Source: Bacteroidota bacterium (GTDB lineage Bacteria; Bacteroidota; Bacteroidia; Cytophagales; UBA9547). From it: a stretch of 64,000 bases of DNA. The stretch is from contig JANRJY010000104.1 in assembly GCA_033763735.1 (NCBI GenBank), positions 7,738-71,737 on the forward strand, read 5' to 3'. The position numbers were made by a program, and so were the translations under genes. Below, one piece after another: positions 1-9,759 of the stretch. The number at the start of each line of letters is the position of its first letter. The first letter of the stretch is position 1. The notes below the pieces were generated by a model. It was not told the DNA's origin, made no database searches, and saw nothing but the letters and a program-made list of their open reading frames with translations.

Positions 1-365
1 CCATTCTTTGTAACTTGATAGAACGTAACTTCAGGTAAATGAGTTGGTAGTGTTAATGCAAAAAACTTCCCTGTAGGATTATAAAACTCAAAATAATACC
101 ATGCCGAATCACCCGGCATTAAATAGCCAATTTCTTTGCTTGACTGTGTAAGCTGTGTTGATGGGGTTTTTATAAATAATGAATCCGAAACATGATTTAT
201 ATTTTCAATTCTGTATTTGAAATATCTTAAAGTATCATTTTCAAGTAAAGTACTTTCTGTAAATTTTCCTTTTTGAATTGCAAATACCTGAAAACAATTA
301 CAAAATATTGAAAATGAACTCAATACGAATAAAATAAAAAATGAAAACTCTTTCTGTACATACAT
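1..365 (-). CDS. Partial CDS (N-terminal 121 codons, runs off the left edge); hypothetical exported or membrane protein, possibly the start of a 7TMR-DISM-type extracellular domain
   Basis: My own reverse-strand translation: ATG at 365-363, then MYVQKEFSFFILFVLSSFSIFCNCFQVFA (hydrophobic leader), with the frame open to position 1. It is absent from the ORF track because no stop lies in the window. The family assignment is tentative and rests on the AWYYFEFYNPTGKFFALTL pattern only. Confidence 0.4.
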   Translation of the reverse strand, partial: MYVQKEFSFFILFVLSSFSIFCNCFQVFAIQKGKFTESTLLENDTLRYFKYRIENINHVSDSLFIKTPSTQLTQSSKEIGYLMPGDSAWYYFEFYNPTGKFFALTLPTHLPEVTFYQVTKN

Positions 366-430
366 CTTTATTATCAATATTGAAATAAATATTGTACAAA
401 ACTAATATTAATTATAATTATTCTGAAATA

Positions 431-2353
431 TTAAAGGATTCGGCATTCTATCCTTCTATTCAACTGTCGCGTTGCTTCTGAATCATTAGGCGCTAGAGGC
501 TTTGTATCTCCATAACCCTTGTATTTGATTCTACTACTTTCAATGCCACTTTCAATTAAATAATCATAAACGGATTCAGCCCTTTTAGTTGATAGATTCA
601 AATTATTTTCTTTACTACCCACATTGTCTGTATGACCACTAATTTCGACTTGAAGCGTAATATTTTGTTCTAAAAAATTTGCAAGTTTCTTCAGCTCACT
701 ACCCGATTTTGAATCAAGTTTAAATTTTCCGGTTTCAAAAAATATATTATTCAAAGTAATAGACGAACCTTTTTGAATGGGTTCTAAATAAATATCGAGT
801 TCTATTGGATCAAAATTGTGAATGTTTTCAAAATTGAATGAATGACTTTTATATAGATAACCAGGTTTAGTAATATATAATCCATAAATGGAATTTTCAT
901 TGAGTACTACCAAATATTTACCATTAACCGGATCGGAAATTACTCTACTTTCTACTTGTTTATTGGATAGATTAATTAATTCAATTTGAGCAGCAATGGG
1001 TTGTTTGGTTTTTAGGTCATAAACGGTGCCTTGGGTATAACTGCTTACGTGTAGGCATCCCGCCACTGTAGGAACATCAAATTCGAAAAGCAAATACCTT
1101 TCCTGGCCGTTATTTGTTTGAGCTTCAGCCGAATAAAATGCTTTCTTACAATCAGGAGTTATAAATATTGAAGATTCTTCCAAATGTGTATTCAATGGAT
1201 AGCCTAAGTTTTTAGGCACTGACCAATTCACTGAATCTTTATAACTGACAAAAATATCAAAACTGCCATACCCCAAATGGTAATCAGACGAAAAATATAA
1301 AGTACTCATACTAGGATGAATAAATGGTGCAACTTCCCTACCGGGGGTATTAATCAAATCGCCCAAATTAAGTGGAATATTCCATCTGCCATTATCGTCC
1401 ATTGTAGACATCCACAAATCTTCTTCACCATATCCTCCTTTTCGTTTGGATGAAAAATAAATCGTTTTCCCATCCGGTGAAAGCGAAGGCTGCGAATCCC
1501 AATATGGAGAATTGATATTATTACCCATATTGGTAGGCTTGGACCACACATTTCCTTCTTTGTATGATATAAACAAGTCACAATCCGAATCAAATGCACC
1601 TTTCTTCTCACAGATAGTGAAAACCAACACTTTACCATCCGCTGATATCGAACAAGTACCTTCATTTTGAAATGGTTTATTTATATTATCTGAAATTGAT
1701 TCAGGTTGGAGCCATTCACCATTTACTTTTCGAGAAACATAAATATCCTCATATTCTTGATTAGAAATAAAATCTCTGACTGTAAAGACCAAGTTATTCT
1801 GATCTGCCGTGGTTACAGGGAAATATTGTTTTCTGTGGTTATTAACTTTGTTGGAAAGTGCTTTTGGATTTATTGTAATGGGATATTTCATATTTTCAAT
1901 TGCATAATCACACATCGATATCAAACGATCCGTTTTATCCAAAAACGACTTAGGTTCATTAACAAATTTTCTGTATTTGAGTAAAAATCGCTTTGCAAAC
2001 AGGTAATTTCCTTCATGTAAATATATTTCACCGATATTTCTGACAACTGAAGGTGCTACATTTACTGAGTCAATTTGAACTACTTTTGTATAATGATACT
2101 TTACTTTACCAATATTCCTTTTGTAGCCTTTGTAAAGTAAGCCAAGTTGATAATGAGCTTCTGCAAAATTCGAATCCTTTTCTACGGCTTTTGTAAGATT
2201 TTCAAGTGCATCATCAAAGTTTCGTTGTTGCAACAAAAGCATGGCCTCTTTATATAATTTTTCAGCTTTTTTGTTGGTGGTGTGCACATCGGGCTGAGCT
2301 ATTAAAGCAATTTCGAATAAAAAACATCCAATAAAATAAAAATATTTAAGCAT
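431..2353 (-). CDS. TPR + PD40/TolB-like beta-propeller + C-terminal OmpA-like peptidoglycan-binding protein
   Basis: 640-aa ORF with a signal-like N-terminus. TPR-like helices follow (AEKLYKEAMLLLQQRNFDDALENLTKAVEKDSNFAEAHYQLG). The middle has repeated PD40-like segments (SISADGKVLVF, SLSPDGKTIYFSS, STLYFSSD). The C-terminus carries the OmpA motif ISGHTDNVGSKENNLNLSTKRAESVYDYL...NRRIE. Confidence 0.85.
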   Translation of the reverse strand: MLKYFYFIGCFLFEIALIAQPDVHTTNKKAEKLYKEAMLLLQQRNFDDALENLTKAVEKDSNFAEAHYQLGLLYKGYKRNIGKVKYHYTKVVQIDSVNVAPSVVRNIGEIYLHEGNYLFAKRFLLKYRKFVNEPKSFLDKTDRLISMCDYAIENMKYPITINPKALSNKVNNHRKQYFPVTTADQNNLVFTVRDFISNQEYEDIYVSRKVNGEWLQPESISDNINKPFQNEGTCSISADGKVLVFTICEKKGAFDSDCDLFISYKEGNVWSKPTNMGNNINSPYWDSQPSLSPDGKTIYFSSKRKGGYGEEDLWMSTMDDNGRWNIPLNLGDLINTPGREVAPFIHPSMSTLYFSSDYHLGYGSFDIFVSYKDSVNWSVPKNLGYPLNTHLEESSIFITPDCKKAFYSAEAQTNNGQERYLLFEFDVPTVAGCLHVSSYTQGTVYDLKTKQPIAAQIELINLSNKQVESRVISDPVNGKYLVVLNENSIYGLYITKPGYLYKSHSFNFENIHNFDPIELDIYLEPIQKGSSITLNNIFFETGKFKLDSKSGSELKKLANFLEQNITLQVEISGHTDNVGSKENNLNLSTKRAESVYDYLIESGIESSRIKYKGYGDTKPLAPNDSEATRQLNRRIECRIL

Positions 2354-2412
2354 CTATATCGGTATCATCTACTACTTCAAATTAAACAATAAAAAAGCAT
2401 TAACCAAAATTT

Positions 2413-2450
2413 CAATAAAAACAAAAAGCCTTACCATTTCTGGCAAGGCT
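2413..2450 (-). terminator. Rho-independent terminator after the FecR-like/CHASE2 operon
   Basis: The minus-strand RNA reads AGCCUUGCC-AGAAAU-GGUAAGGCU (9-bp stem with one G-U pair) followed by UUUUUGUUUUUAUUG. It lies 27 nt downstream of the stop at 2477. Confidence 0.65.
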
Positions 2451-2476
2451 TTCAATCAACAATTTTCTATTAAAAA

Positions 2477-3403
2477 TTATTTTTCGTAAGGATAGAAATC
2501 CAATAGACCATTTTTTGCAAGGAAGTTCATATAAGCACTTTTATACTCAACAACTCCTGGCTCTAATCTGATAGCTGATTCGAAAGCTTTTTTCGCATCA
2601 ACGAACAAGTTATTTTGAGCGTAGAAAGATGCTTTCATCATATAATTTAAAGCCGACTCTTCGTTAAATTCTTTAGCAAACATTGCTTTATCAGAGAAAA
2701 CATCAGGATTTTTTGATTCAATCATTCTTTTGATCACATAGCTGTCTGATTTTAAATCTGCATTAGATTTTACACGTACCATAAGAGTATTATCTTTTGG
2801 CATTTTAATACTATTGAAATCAATTGTGAATGTTGTATCAGTAGTTTCTTTTGAAAGAATTACATCGTCAAACATATTTAATACTTCAACAGTATATCCG
2901 GTAGCTTTAGGATTTTTAGCCCATGAAACCACATTGATGTCTTCAATAACAGAAGAGGTTTTAGGCAAACAAAGTGTAATAGAAGCCGTAGATATTGCTC
3001 TTTCTACCGAACCCGTTACTTTCATGTTTTTCTGATAGTTGGCGTGAATGTCACCACTCTCAGATTTAGTCATTTCTCCAATTACATATTCAGAGTATTT
3101 TTTAGTAATATTACTGTTTTTGGCAACAGCTTTTGCTACTAAATCAGCTACTTTGTAAGTACCTGCTTCTTTAATCTCAACAGTTTTACCTGTAGTATGA
3201 ATTAAACCAAGGTAACTTGCATCACCTACTTTAATTACATCTTTGTCGTTCAATTTTTTACCTGCAATAAGGGCAGTTCCATCTCCAAGTGTGTTTTTAC
3301 CTCTAGAGGCTAATACTTTGAAGGCTTCAGTTTGTGCAAAACTATAGAAGGAAAACGTAAGTCCTGCTATTGTTAAAAGAGTAGATTTGATAATAGTTTT
3401 CAT
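2477..3403 (-). CDS. Secreted FecR-like domain protein with a C-terminal TPR-like region
   Basis: I trimmed the ORF to the internal ATG at 3403, which gives the clean signal peptide MKTIIKSTLLTIAGLTFSFYSFAQ; the track start at 3448 is TTG. A FecR-like stretch is present: LASRGKNTLGDGTALIAGKKLNDKDVIKVGDASYLGLIHTTGKTVEIKEAGTYKV. The C-terminus has TPR-like helices (ALNYMMKASFYAQNNLFVDAKKAFESAIRLEP). Confidence 0.5.
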   Translation of the reverse strand: MKTIIKSTLLTIAGLTFSFYSFAQTEAFKVLASRGKNTLGDGTALIAGKKLNDKDVIKVGDASYLGLIHTTGKTVEIKEAGTYKVADLVAKAVAKNSNITKKYSEYVIGEMTKSESGDIHANYQKNMKVTGSVERAISTASITLCLPKTSSVIEDINVVSWAKNPKATGYTVEVLNMFDDVILSKETTDTTFTIDFNSIKMPKDNTLMVRVKSNADLKSDSYVIKRMIESKNPDVFSDKAMFAKEFNEESALNYMMKASFYAQNNLFVDAKKAFESAIRLEPGVVEYKSAYMNFLAKNGLLDFYPYEK

Positions 3404-3496
3404 TTTGTTTATAGTTGATTGTTGATTGGAATACAATTTAATTTTCAAACATGTATTCTTATTTGTGAATAAAGGTAACCGAAATTGTAATTTTAT

Positions 3497-4795
3497 TTAT
3501 AAATATTTTTTAGTTTTTTTCGACAATACCAGTCCCTGAACTTTTTGTACGACAAAAACAATTCCAGGTTTCGCATATTCATAATAAAGTTCTAAAAAGT
3601 TTCCGAGCACAAATATAAATACCACAGAATAGGTAACATCAATGCTATATCGATAATTTAATGTAATAGCTATTTTAATTCCATATAATACAACCACTTC
3701 TAACAATCCTACAAGCATACTTAATCCATCCCACCATAAATGTATATGATGGTGTATATAAGAAAAAATAACTACGTTAATTAAACAAATAATAATATTC
3801 ATATATAAAGCGTAGTTTTCAGGCATTTCATCAATGTACGTTTCGTTGAGTACCATACTTACTACATTGGCATGGACAGTAACCCCATACATATCCGGAA
3901 ATGACTTGCCGGCAAAGTTTTTGTTTAAAGGCGTATAAAATTTATCTTCATCCCAGTATAAATTGTTGTTAATGGATTCCCCCATGTATCCTAACACTAA
4001 TATTTTTCCGGTTACATACTTTGGATTGAAAGTCCCTTCCATTCCTTCTTGAACATCAATTTTGTTAAATACATCTTTGTGACCAAATGGATCCACTTCT
4101 CCTCCAAAGTTGTTAATATTGCCTCTATAATATATAGTTTCAAGGTCTTTGTTTCGAGCAATAAATTTATCTGCTTTTGCTTTATTAAAAACACTAGCAA
4201 TTTTAACCGGAAAAAATAAATAGGTTGAGTCTTGATATTTTTCAGTTATATGCACTTTTCTTGCAACCCTGAATTCCTTTGCATCAGTAATCATATTTGC
4301 AAATCCGGGCATAGCATATTGCATAAACTTGGGGTGTGAAGTTACTATGCCATTAAGTACACCTGCTGTGTCGCGTTGCATATCAGTAACCAAAACCAAA
4401 TTTTCCGTTTCTGCAAATGCTTGGGCTAATATTGTATCACCATCAGGCAAACCATTTTGTATATAGTATTGCGTCTTATCTTTTATGAATCGAGCATCAA
4501 TGCCTATCACTTTAGGTTTATATTGATTCAAGTTCATTATTAACTGACCAATTTCTCCCCTACTCAAGTTGCCAATATTCACCATAGTAATATTGGTATC
4601 TTTTTTTTGCTCTTCCCTAAAAGCCGTATATACCAAATCATCCACTTCAAATTGATCAAGCGCCTGACCAATAGGATCATATACATCAAAATTAATGTTT
4701 CCAAACAAGTTTTGAACAATTATCAATAACCCAAATACGAATATGGTTCCAAAAAGTACGTCCGCATGAAAAAACTTACCTAACCACTTTTTCAT
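3497..4795 (-). CDS. CHASE2 domain membrane protein with no output domain (paralog 1)
   Basis: N-terminal TM segment. The periplasmic region shows CHASE2 landmarks: ITMVNIGNLSRGEIGQLI...KPKVIGIDARF, NLVLVT, ILVLGYMGE...FYTP...FPDMYGVTVHANV. Three C-terminal TM segments follow, and the protein ends about 35 aa after the last one. Confidence 0.8.
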   Translation of the reverse strand: MKKWLGKFFHADVLFGTIFVFGLLIIVQNLFGNINFDVYDPIGQALDQFEVDDLVYTAFREEQKKDTNITMVNIGNLSRGEIGQLIMNLNQYKPKVIGIDARFIKDKTQYYIQNGLPDGDTILAQAFAETENLVLVTDMQRDTAGVLNGIVTSHPKFMQYAMPGFANMITDAKEFRVARKVHITEKYQDSTYLFFPVKIASVFNKAKADKFIARNKDLETIYYRGNINNFGGEVDPFGHKDVFNKIDVQEGMEGTFNPKYVTGKILVLGYMGESINNNLYWDEDKFYTPLNKNFAGKSFPDMYGVTVHANVVSMVLNETYIDEMPENYALYMNIIICLINVVIFSYIHHHIHLWWDGLSMLVGLLEVVVLYGIKIAITLNYRYSIDVTYSVVFIFVLGNFLELYYEYAKPGIVFVVQKVQGLVLSKKTKKYL

Positions 4796-6147
4796 TCGCT
4801 TTTATTGTCCTTTTGTTTGATATTATTAAAATCAAAATCAGTCAAACCCTGGCTAAGTATATCCTTGGCACTTCCTCTGATAATTTCATTGATTTTTTGT
4901 CGTTTTTCTTCTTCTTTAGAGATTTGGAACTTAACTCCTAATTTTTGCAATGCGATTTTAAATAACCCATAATACAGCTCAAGGAAAGAGCTTGAGACTA
5001 ACGCAAAAACCATTGAAAAATTAAGATCAATCTCTAAATTATAATTACTGAAAACAATTACCGTTACAAATGGAATGGCAATTGTTATCAGCAAGGCGAT
5101 GAGGATACTAAATACATCCCACCATACTGCTGCCGCATGAAATAAAATTGAAAACAAAACTACCACATGAAAACAAATTACAAGATTTAGCAAAAGATTG
5201 TAATACCAAGGTAGCACGTTGATATGGGAATCAGATAATATCATTGAAGCCACATTAGCATAAATTACTGTTTCATACATATCTGGAAAAGTTTTACCAG
5301 CAAACTTGTTGTTCATAGGTGTATAATACTTATCAGTATCCCAGAATTTCTCATTGTAAAAAGTTTCTCCCATATAACCCAATATTACCACTTTACCTTT
5401 CAACATTGAAGGGTCAAAGTTTCCTTCTATCCAATCTTGAGTATCGATTGTGAAAAATTTATCCAGATTGCCTCTGTAATTAATTAATTCAATTTCATTT
5501 TTTCTTGAAATATGAGACGCTGCTTTAGCTGAATCCTTATATTTTATTAATTCAACGGGGAAAAAATGGTCTTCGATTCCATATGTGGTGGATGCAGGAT
5601 AAAACTTTCTTGTAGTTTTAAAATCACGATCTGTAGTAGGCATATTTTTAAACCCTGCAGCTGCATATCGTTCTCCAAACTCTTCTTTATAAACCCAAAA
5701 CAAACTATCAGAGGTAATCATACCTCCCCAAGTCCCTGTTTTTGTATTAAAATCTGTAAGCTGAGTAACAAGCACAAGATTTGGTATGTCCCGCATCGAC
5801 ATTGCCAAAAGGCTATCCTCAAAACCATTTCCCGTTCGTCTGAATATTTTGTTAATTCCAATAACGGCTGGCTGTTGACTTGAAATCTGACGTAACAAAA
5901 GTGCTATATCTGCATTTTCAGCATTACCTATATTAATGATTACAATATTAGTATCCGCATCTGATTCCTTTAATTTTGAAAATCCAATATCTGTAACTTC
6001 AAAATCAGAAATGGCTTCATAAAAAGGATCCATAAGTTCATGATTGATATTTAAAGCTTGTATGCTTACGAATAACAGCACTGCTATGAATATAGAACAG
6101 TAGACATAGTCATTGAAAAAAATCTTTTTTAGTAGCTTTAATAACAC
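4792..6147 (-). CDS. CHASE2 domain membrane protein with no output domain (paralog 2)
   Basis: Same architecture and colinear motifs as paralog 1: IVIINIGNAENADIALLL...QPAVIGINKIF, NLVLVT, VVILGYMGE...YYTP...FPDMYETVIYANV. Apparent GTG start at 6147. Its stop overlaps the downstream paralog start by 4 nt (4792-4795). Confidence 0.8.
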   Translation of the reverse strand: MLLKLLKKIFFNDYVYCSIFIAVLLFVSIQALNINHELMDPFYEAISDFEVTDIGFSKLKESDADTNIVIINIGNAENADIALLLRQISSQQPAVIGINKIFRRTGNGFEDSLLAMSMRDIPNLVLVTQLTDFNTKTGTWGGMITSDSLFWVYKEEFGERYAAAGFKNMPTTDRDFKTTRKFYPASTTYGIEDHFFPVELIKYKDSAKAASHISRKNEIELINYRGNLDKFFTIDTQDWIEGNFDPSMLKGKVVILGYMGETFYNEKFWDTDKYYTPMNNKFAGKTFPDMYETVIYANVASMILSDSHINVLPWYYNLLLNLVICFHVVVLFSILFHAAAVWWDVFSILIALLITIAIPFVTVIVFSNYNLEIDLNFSMVFALVSSSFLELYYGLFKIALQKLGVKFQISKEEEKRQKINEIIRGSAKDILSQGLTDFDFNNIKQKDNKSE

Positions 6148-6231
6148 GTAAAAATATAAAATTTAATCGTTTTGATATTCTTGCATAAATTTGAACGCAT
6201 AAAAATAGCAATAGTTTTAAAATATTTGATA

Positions 6232-8799
6232 ATGAGACTACTAATAATCTGTTTATTGATACTCTTTTGTTTCTTTTCAATATCCTTTGCAAAAGAAAAT
6301 CCTAAGAAAAAGGATTCAAAAAAGGATACTTCAAGTGTGGTAACCAAGCCACCTAAAAAAAAGAAATCGTTTGATGACTCTTTGAAAGCATTTAAAAAAT
6401 TTGACGGACTTTTCAAATTTTATCAAGATACTTCCAATGGAAATATGCTTATGGTAATTCGCAAAAATCAAATTAATAAAGAGTTTATTTATTTTGTGTA
6501 TGCTGAAAATGGATTGCCTAGTTCAAATACTTTTCGAGGAAGTTTTAGGGAAAATCGAATTTTTGCAATTCGAAAGTATTATAACAAAATTGAGTTTTGG
6601 GCACTAAATACCAATTTTTATTTTGATCCAAAAAGTGCTTTAAGCAAATCTTCAAATGGAAACATAAGTAATTCTATTCTTTTAAGTCAAAAAATAATTG
6701 ACACCGACCATGAACTAGGAGAATACCTAATTAATGCTGACGATATTTTTATGGGTGAAATATTGCATAGAATTAAACCTGTCCCTCCAAGAGGTTTACC
6801 TCCTGATGCTTTTTTTTCCTTAGGTAGCATGAGTAGGGCAAAATCAAAGTATTTGAAGGTTAATAACTATCCAGAAAATACCGACATATTGACTGAGTAC
6901 GTTTTTGAAAACCCATACCCAAGTGTAAGTGCGGGTGCAGAAGTAGCTGACGACCGAAATGTTCATATCCAAATCCAACACTCGTTCATAGAAATGCCAG
7001 TTAATAATTTTAAACCTAGATATGATGACCCTCGAATAGGATATTTTACGACTTTAATAACCGAAATGACCTCACCTTCTGCTACACCTTATAAAGATGT
7101 AATTCATAGATGGCATTTGGAAAAAAAAGATTCTTTGTCTGAGATTTCTGAACCTAAAAAGCCGATTAAATGGTGGCTCGAAAATTCTACACCTGTTGAA
7201 TATAGGGAAACTATTAAAAAAGCAGTACTGCAATGGAATTTGGCATTTGAAAAATGCGGATTAAAAAATGCAATAGAAGTTGATATTCAACCAGATACAG
7301 CGAAGTGGGATGCAGGAGACATCAGGTACAATGTAATCAGGTGGACATCGTCACCTAACCCTATTTTCGGAGGCTATGGACCTAGTTTTGTAAACCCCAG
7401 AACAGGTCAGATCCTTGGGGCTGATATTATGATCGAATATCAATTTATTTCTAACCGACTAAAAAGAGAATCTTTATTTATCCCTATTTTAAATGAACAG
7501 AACAATATTCATTTAAATCATTTTTGCAACTTAGCCGAACATTTGCAAATTGAATGTATGTATGGCAAAATTGCAAACAATCTATTAAAAGGGCAAGAAG
7601 TACCTGAAAGTGAATTCATTAAGCAAGCCATTTATTACCTGATTTTACATGAAGTAGGCCATACTTTAGGTTTAAATCATAACATGAAAGCAAGCCAATG
7701 GCTAAGTTCAAAGGAAATACATGATAAAGAAAAAACTGAAAAAGGAGGCATCATTGCATCAGTTATGGATTATCCGGCAGTTAATATTTCGGCAGATAAA
7801 AAAACACAGGGATATTATTTTACCACAATGCCCGGACCATATGACGATTGGGCTATTGAGTTTGGGTACCGCTCATTTAATGTTTCTATTACTGAAAAAA
7901 TAGAAATTGTTAAAATACTGAATCGTTCTACAGAAAAAGCGCTTGCTTTTGGTAACGATGCTGATGATATGCGATCTCCTGGTTTACACATTGATCCAAG
8001 AGTCATGATCAATGATTTGTCATCAGATGCAATTGGCTATATGACTGACAGAATAATGCTAACGAATACCTTAATAGGTTCATTAACAGATAAATATAAG
8101 AAAAATGGGCAAAGTTATCAGGAGCTTAATAATGCATACCAGATATTGACATTAGAATTGGCAAATGCAGCTTCTGTCATTTCTCGCTTTGTAGGTGGCG
8201 TATACGTAGACCGTTCGCTTATTGGTCAAAACACTAAAAACAAACCATTTACTCCTGTACCCTATGCCGAACAAAAAAGGGCCGTAAAAATAATAAACAC
8301 CCATTTCTTTGGTACTGAAGCTTTCAAAACGGATCAAAAACTTTACAACTATTTACAAATACAAAGAAGAGGTTTTAATTTAATGGGCATTAATGAAGAT
8401 CCAAAAATTCATGAAAGGGCCTTAGGGATCCAACGAAGTATTTTAGATCATTGGCTACATCCAGCAGTGCTTAAACGACTTACAGATAGTCAGTTATACG
8501 GTAATAAATATTCAATAAACGAATTTCTTACAGATTTAACTTCAAGTATTTTTGATGAAGATTTAACAAAAATTCCTAATTCTTTCAGATGTCAATTGCA
8601 AATGGAGTATGTATCAAGATTGGCAAATGTTGTAAAATCAGATAATGGGAGTTACGATTCATTTTCAAAAGCTAATTTTACTGCTCAATTACAATCAATT
8701 CAAAACAAATTGAACGCAAACAAAGGCACTGTCAGCGATATTAAAGTGCATCGTAACTATTTGGTTTTATTGATTCAAAAAGCACTGGCTGTGAAATAA
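6232..8799 (+). CDS. Secreted zinc-dependent metalloprotease (metzincin-type HExxHxxGxxH; large Bacteroidota DUF4953/DUF5117-like family)
   Basis: Motif LILHEVGHTLGLNHNMKAS. I moved the start to the ATG at 6232, giving the signal peptide MRLLIICLLILFCFFSISFA; the track start at 6172 is TTG. Confidence 0.85.
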   Translation: MRLLIICLLILFCFFSISFAKENPKKKDSKKDTSSVVTKPPKKKKSFDDSLKAFKKFDGLFKFYQDTSNGNMLMVIRKNQINKEFIYFVYAENGLPSSNTFRGSFRENRIFAIRKYYNKIEFWALNTNFYFDPKSALSKSSNGNISNSILLSQKIIDTDHELGEYLINADDIFMGEILHRIKPVPPRGLPPDAFFSLGSMSRAKSKYLKVNNYPENTDILTEYVFENPYPSVSAGAEVADDRNVHIQIQHSFIEMPVNNFKPRYDDPRIGYFTTLITEMTSPSATPYKDVIHRWHLEKKDSLSEISEPKKPIKWWLENSTPVEYRETIKKAVLQWNLAFEKCGLKNAIEVDIQPDTAKWDAGDIRYNVIRWTSSPNPIFGGYGPSFVNPRTGQILGADIMIEYQFISNRLKRESLFIPILNEQNNIHLNHFCNLAEHLQIECMYGKIANNLLKGQEVPESEFIKQAIYYLILHEVGHTLGLNHNMKASQWLSSKEIHDKEKTEKGGIIASVMDYPAVNISADKKTQGYYFTTMPGPYDDWAIEFGYRSFNVSITEKIEIVKILNRSTEKALAFGNDADDMRSPGLHIDPRVMINDLSSDAIGYMTDRIMLTNTLIGSLTDKYKKNGQSYQELNNAYQILTLELANAASVISRFVGGVYVDRSLIGQNTKNKPFTPVPYAEQKRAVKIINTHFFGTEAFKTDQKLYNYLQIQRRGFNLMGINEDPKIHERALGIQRSILDHWLHPAVLKRLTDSQLYGNKYSINEFLTDLTSSIFDEDLTKIPNSFRCQLQMEYVSRLANVVKSDNGSYDSFSKANFTAQLQSIQNKLNANKGTVSDIKVHRNYLVLLIQKALAVK

Positions 8800-8969
8800 A
8801 TAATGGAGGAAAATAATTTATTGCACTTAATTTTTTAATTAAAACTTCGTTCTAATTTTTCCAATGAAAGAAAGATTTGAGAAAAGCACAATTAATTATT
8901 TACTTTAATATAATGACAACTTGTACATTGGCACTTAATTTGACAATTAATAAATAAAAAAAACTAAAA

Positions 8970-9563
8970 ATGAAAAAATCACTCATAATTACCCTTGCAG
9001 TTATATTTGGAATTGGTTTGTTGTTATATTGGATGTTTGGAGGCAGCTATAATAAAATGGTAGCGGCAGATGAAGGCGTACAAAGCGCATGGGCACAAGT
9101 TCAGAATGTGTATCAAAGAAGGATGGATTTAATACCTAATTTGGTTAATACAGTTAAAGGTTATGCCGATTTTGAAAAAGGTACGCTTACTGCAGTTATA
9201 GAAGCGAGAGCAAAAGCGACTGCAGTTACCATCAAACCTGACAATTTGTCGCCTGATGAAATTAAGAAATTTCAAAATGCGCAAGATGGCTTGAGTTCGG
9301 CATTAGGAAGGTTAATGGTCATATCAGAACAATATCCTAACCTGAAAGCTAATACCAACTTTTTAGAGCTACAGTCGCAACTTGAAGGCACTGAAAACAG
9401 AATAGCAGTAGAAAGAGGCAGATTCAATGATGTAGTAAAAGAATATAATCAATACATTCGCTCATTTCCTCAAAATATGTTAGCAGGGATATATGGCTTT
9501 CAAAAGAAAGGATATTTCGAAGCATCTTCCGGTGCAGATAAAGCCCCGGAAGTTAAGTTCTAG
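8970..9563 (+). CDS. lemA: LemA family protein
   Basis: 197 aa with an N-terminal TM segment. Characteristic LemA sequence: YNKMVAADEGVQSAWAQVQNVYQRRMDLIPNLVNTVKGYADFEKGTLTAVIEARA ... ENRIAVERGRFNDVVKEYN. Confidence 0.9.
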   Translation: MKKSLIITLAVIFGIGLLLYWMFGGSYNKMVAADEGVQSAWAQVQNVYQRRMDLIPNLVNTVKGYADFEKGTLTAVIEARAKATAVTIKPDNLSPDEIKKFQNAQDGLSSALGRLMVISEQYPNLKANTNFLELQSQLEGTENRIAVERGRFNDVVKEYNQYIRSFPQNMLAGIYGFQKKGYFEASSGADKAPEVKF

Positions 9564-9580
9564 GGAATTAATTAGCCAAA

Positions 9581-9614
9581 AAAAAGAGCTCATTTTACAA
9601 GTGAGCTTTTTTTT
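9581..9614 (+). terminator. Rho-independent terminator after lemA
   Basis: Stem AGCTCA/TGAGCT, extended by A-T pairs, with a 9-nt loop, followed by an 8-T run. It starts 18 nt after the stop codon. Confidence 0.7.
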
Positions 9615-9759
9615 ATATAAAATTTTTCTTCAAATAACTATTTCATTGTCACACTTCTATTTGATTTGTATATAATTTTTCAAAGTTAGAATATAACAAT
9701 TTGCATTTTTTCTCGTATCTTTATCAATTGATTAAGCACCAACTTATACTAAAAGCAGT

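Noticed and set aside
6110-6416. 60-aa and 92-aa minus-strand ORFs overlapping the CHASE2 start and the protease N-terminus
   Set aside because: They overlap the signal-peptide region of the metalloprotease and the divergent promoter region, and have a Lys/Phe-rich low-complexity composition with no motif.
8970-9563. LemA without the usual downstream TPM-domain partner genes
   Set aside because: This is true in this window, since a terminator follows lemA directly. However, partners may be encoded elsewhere, and solitary lemA genes are common enough that I do not consider it noteworthy.
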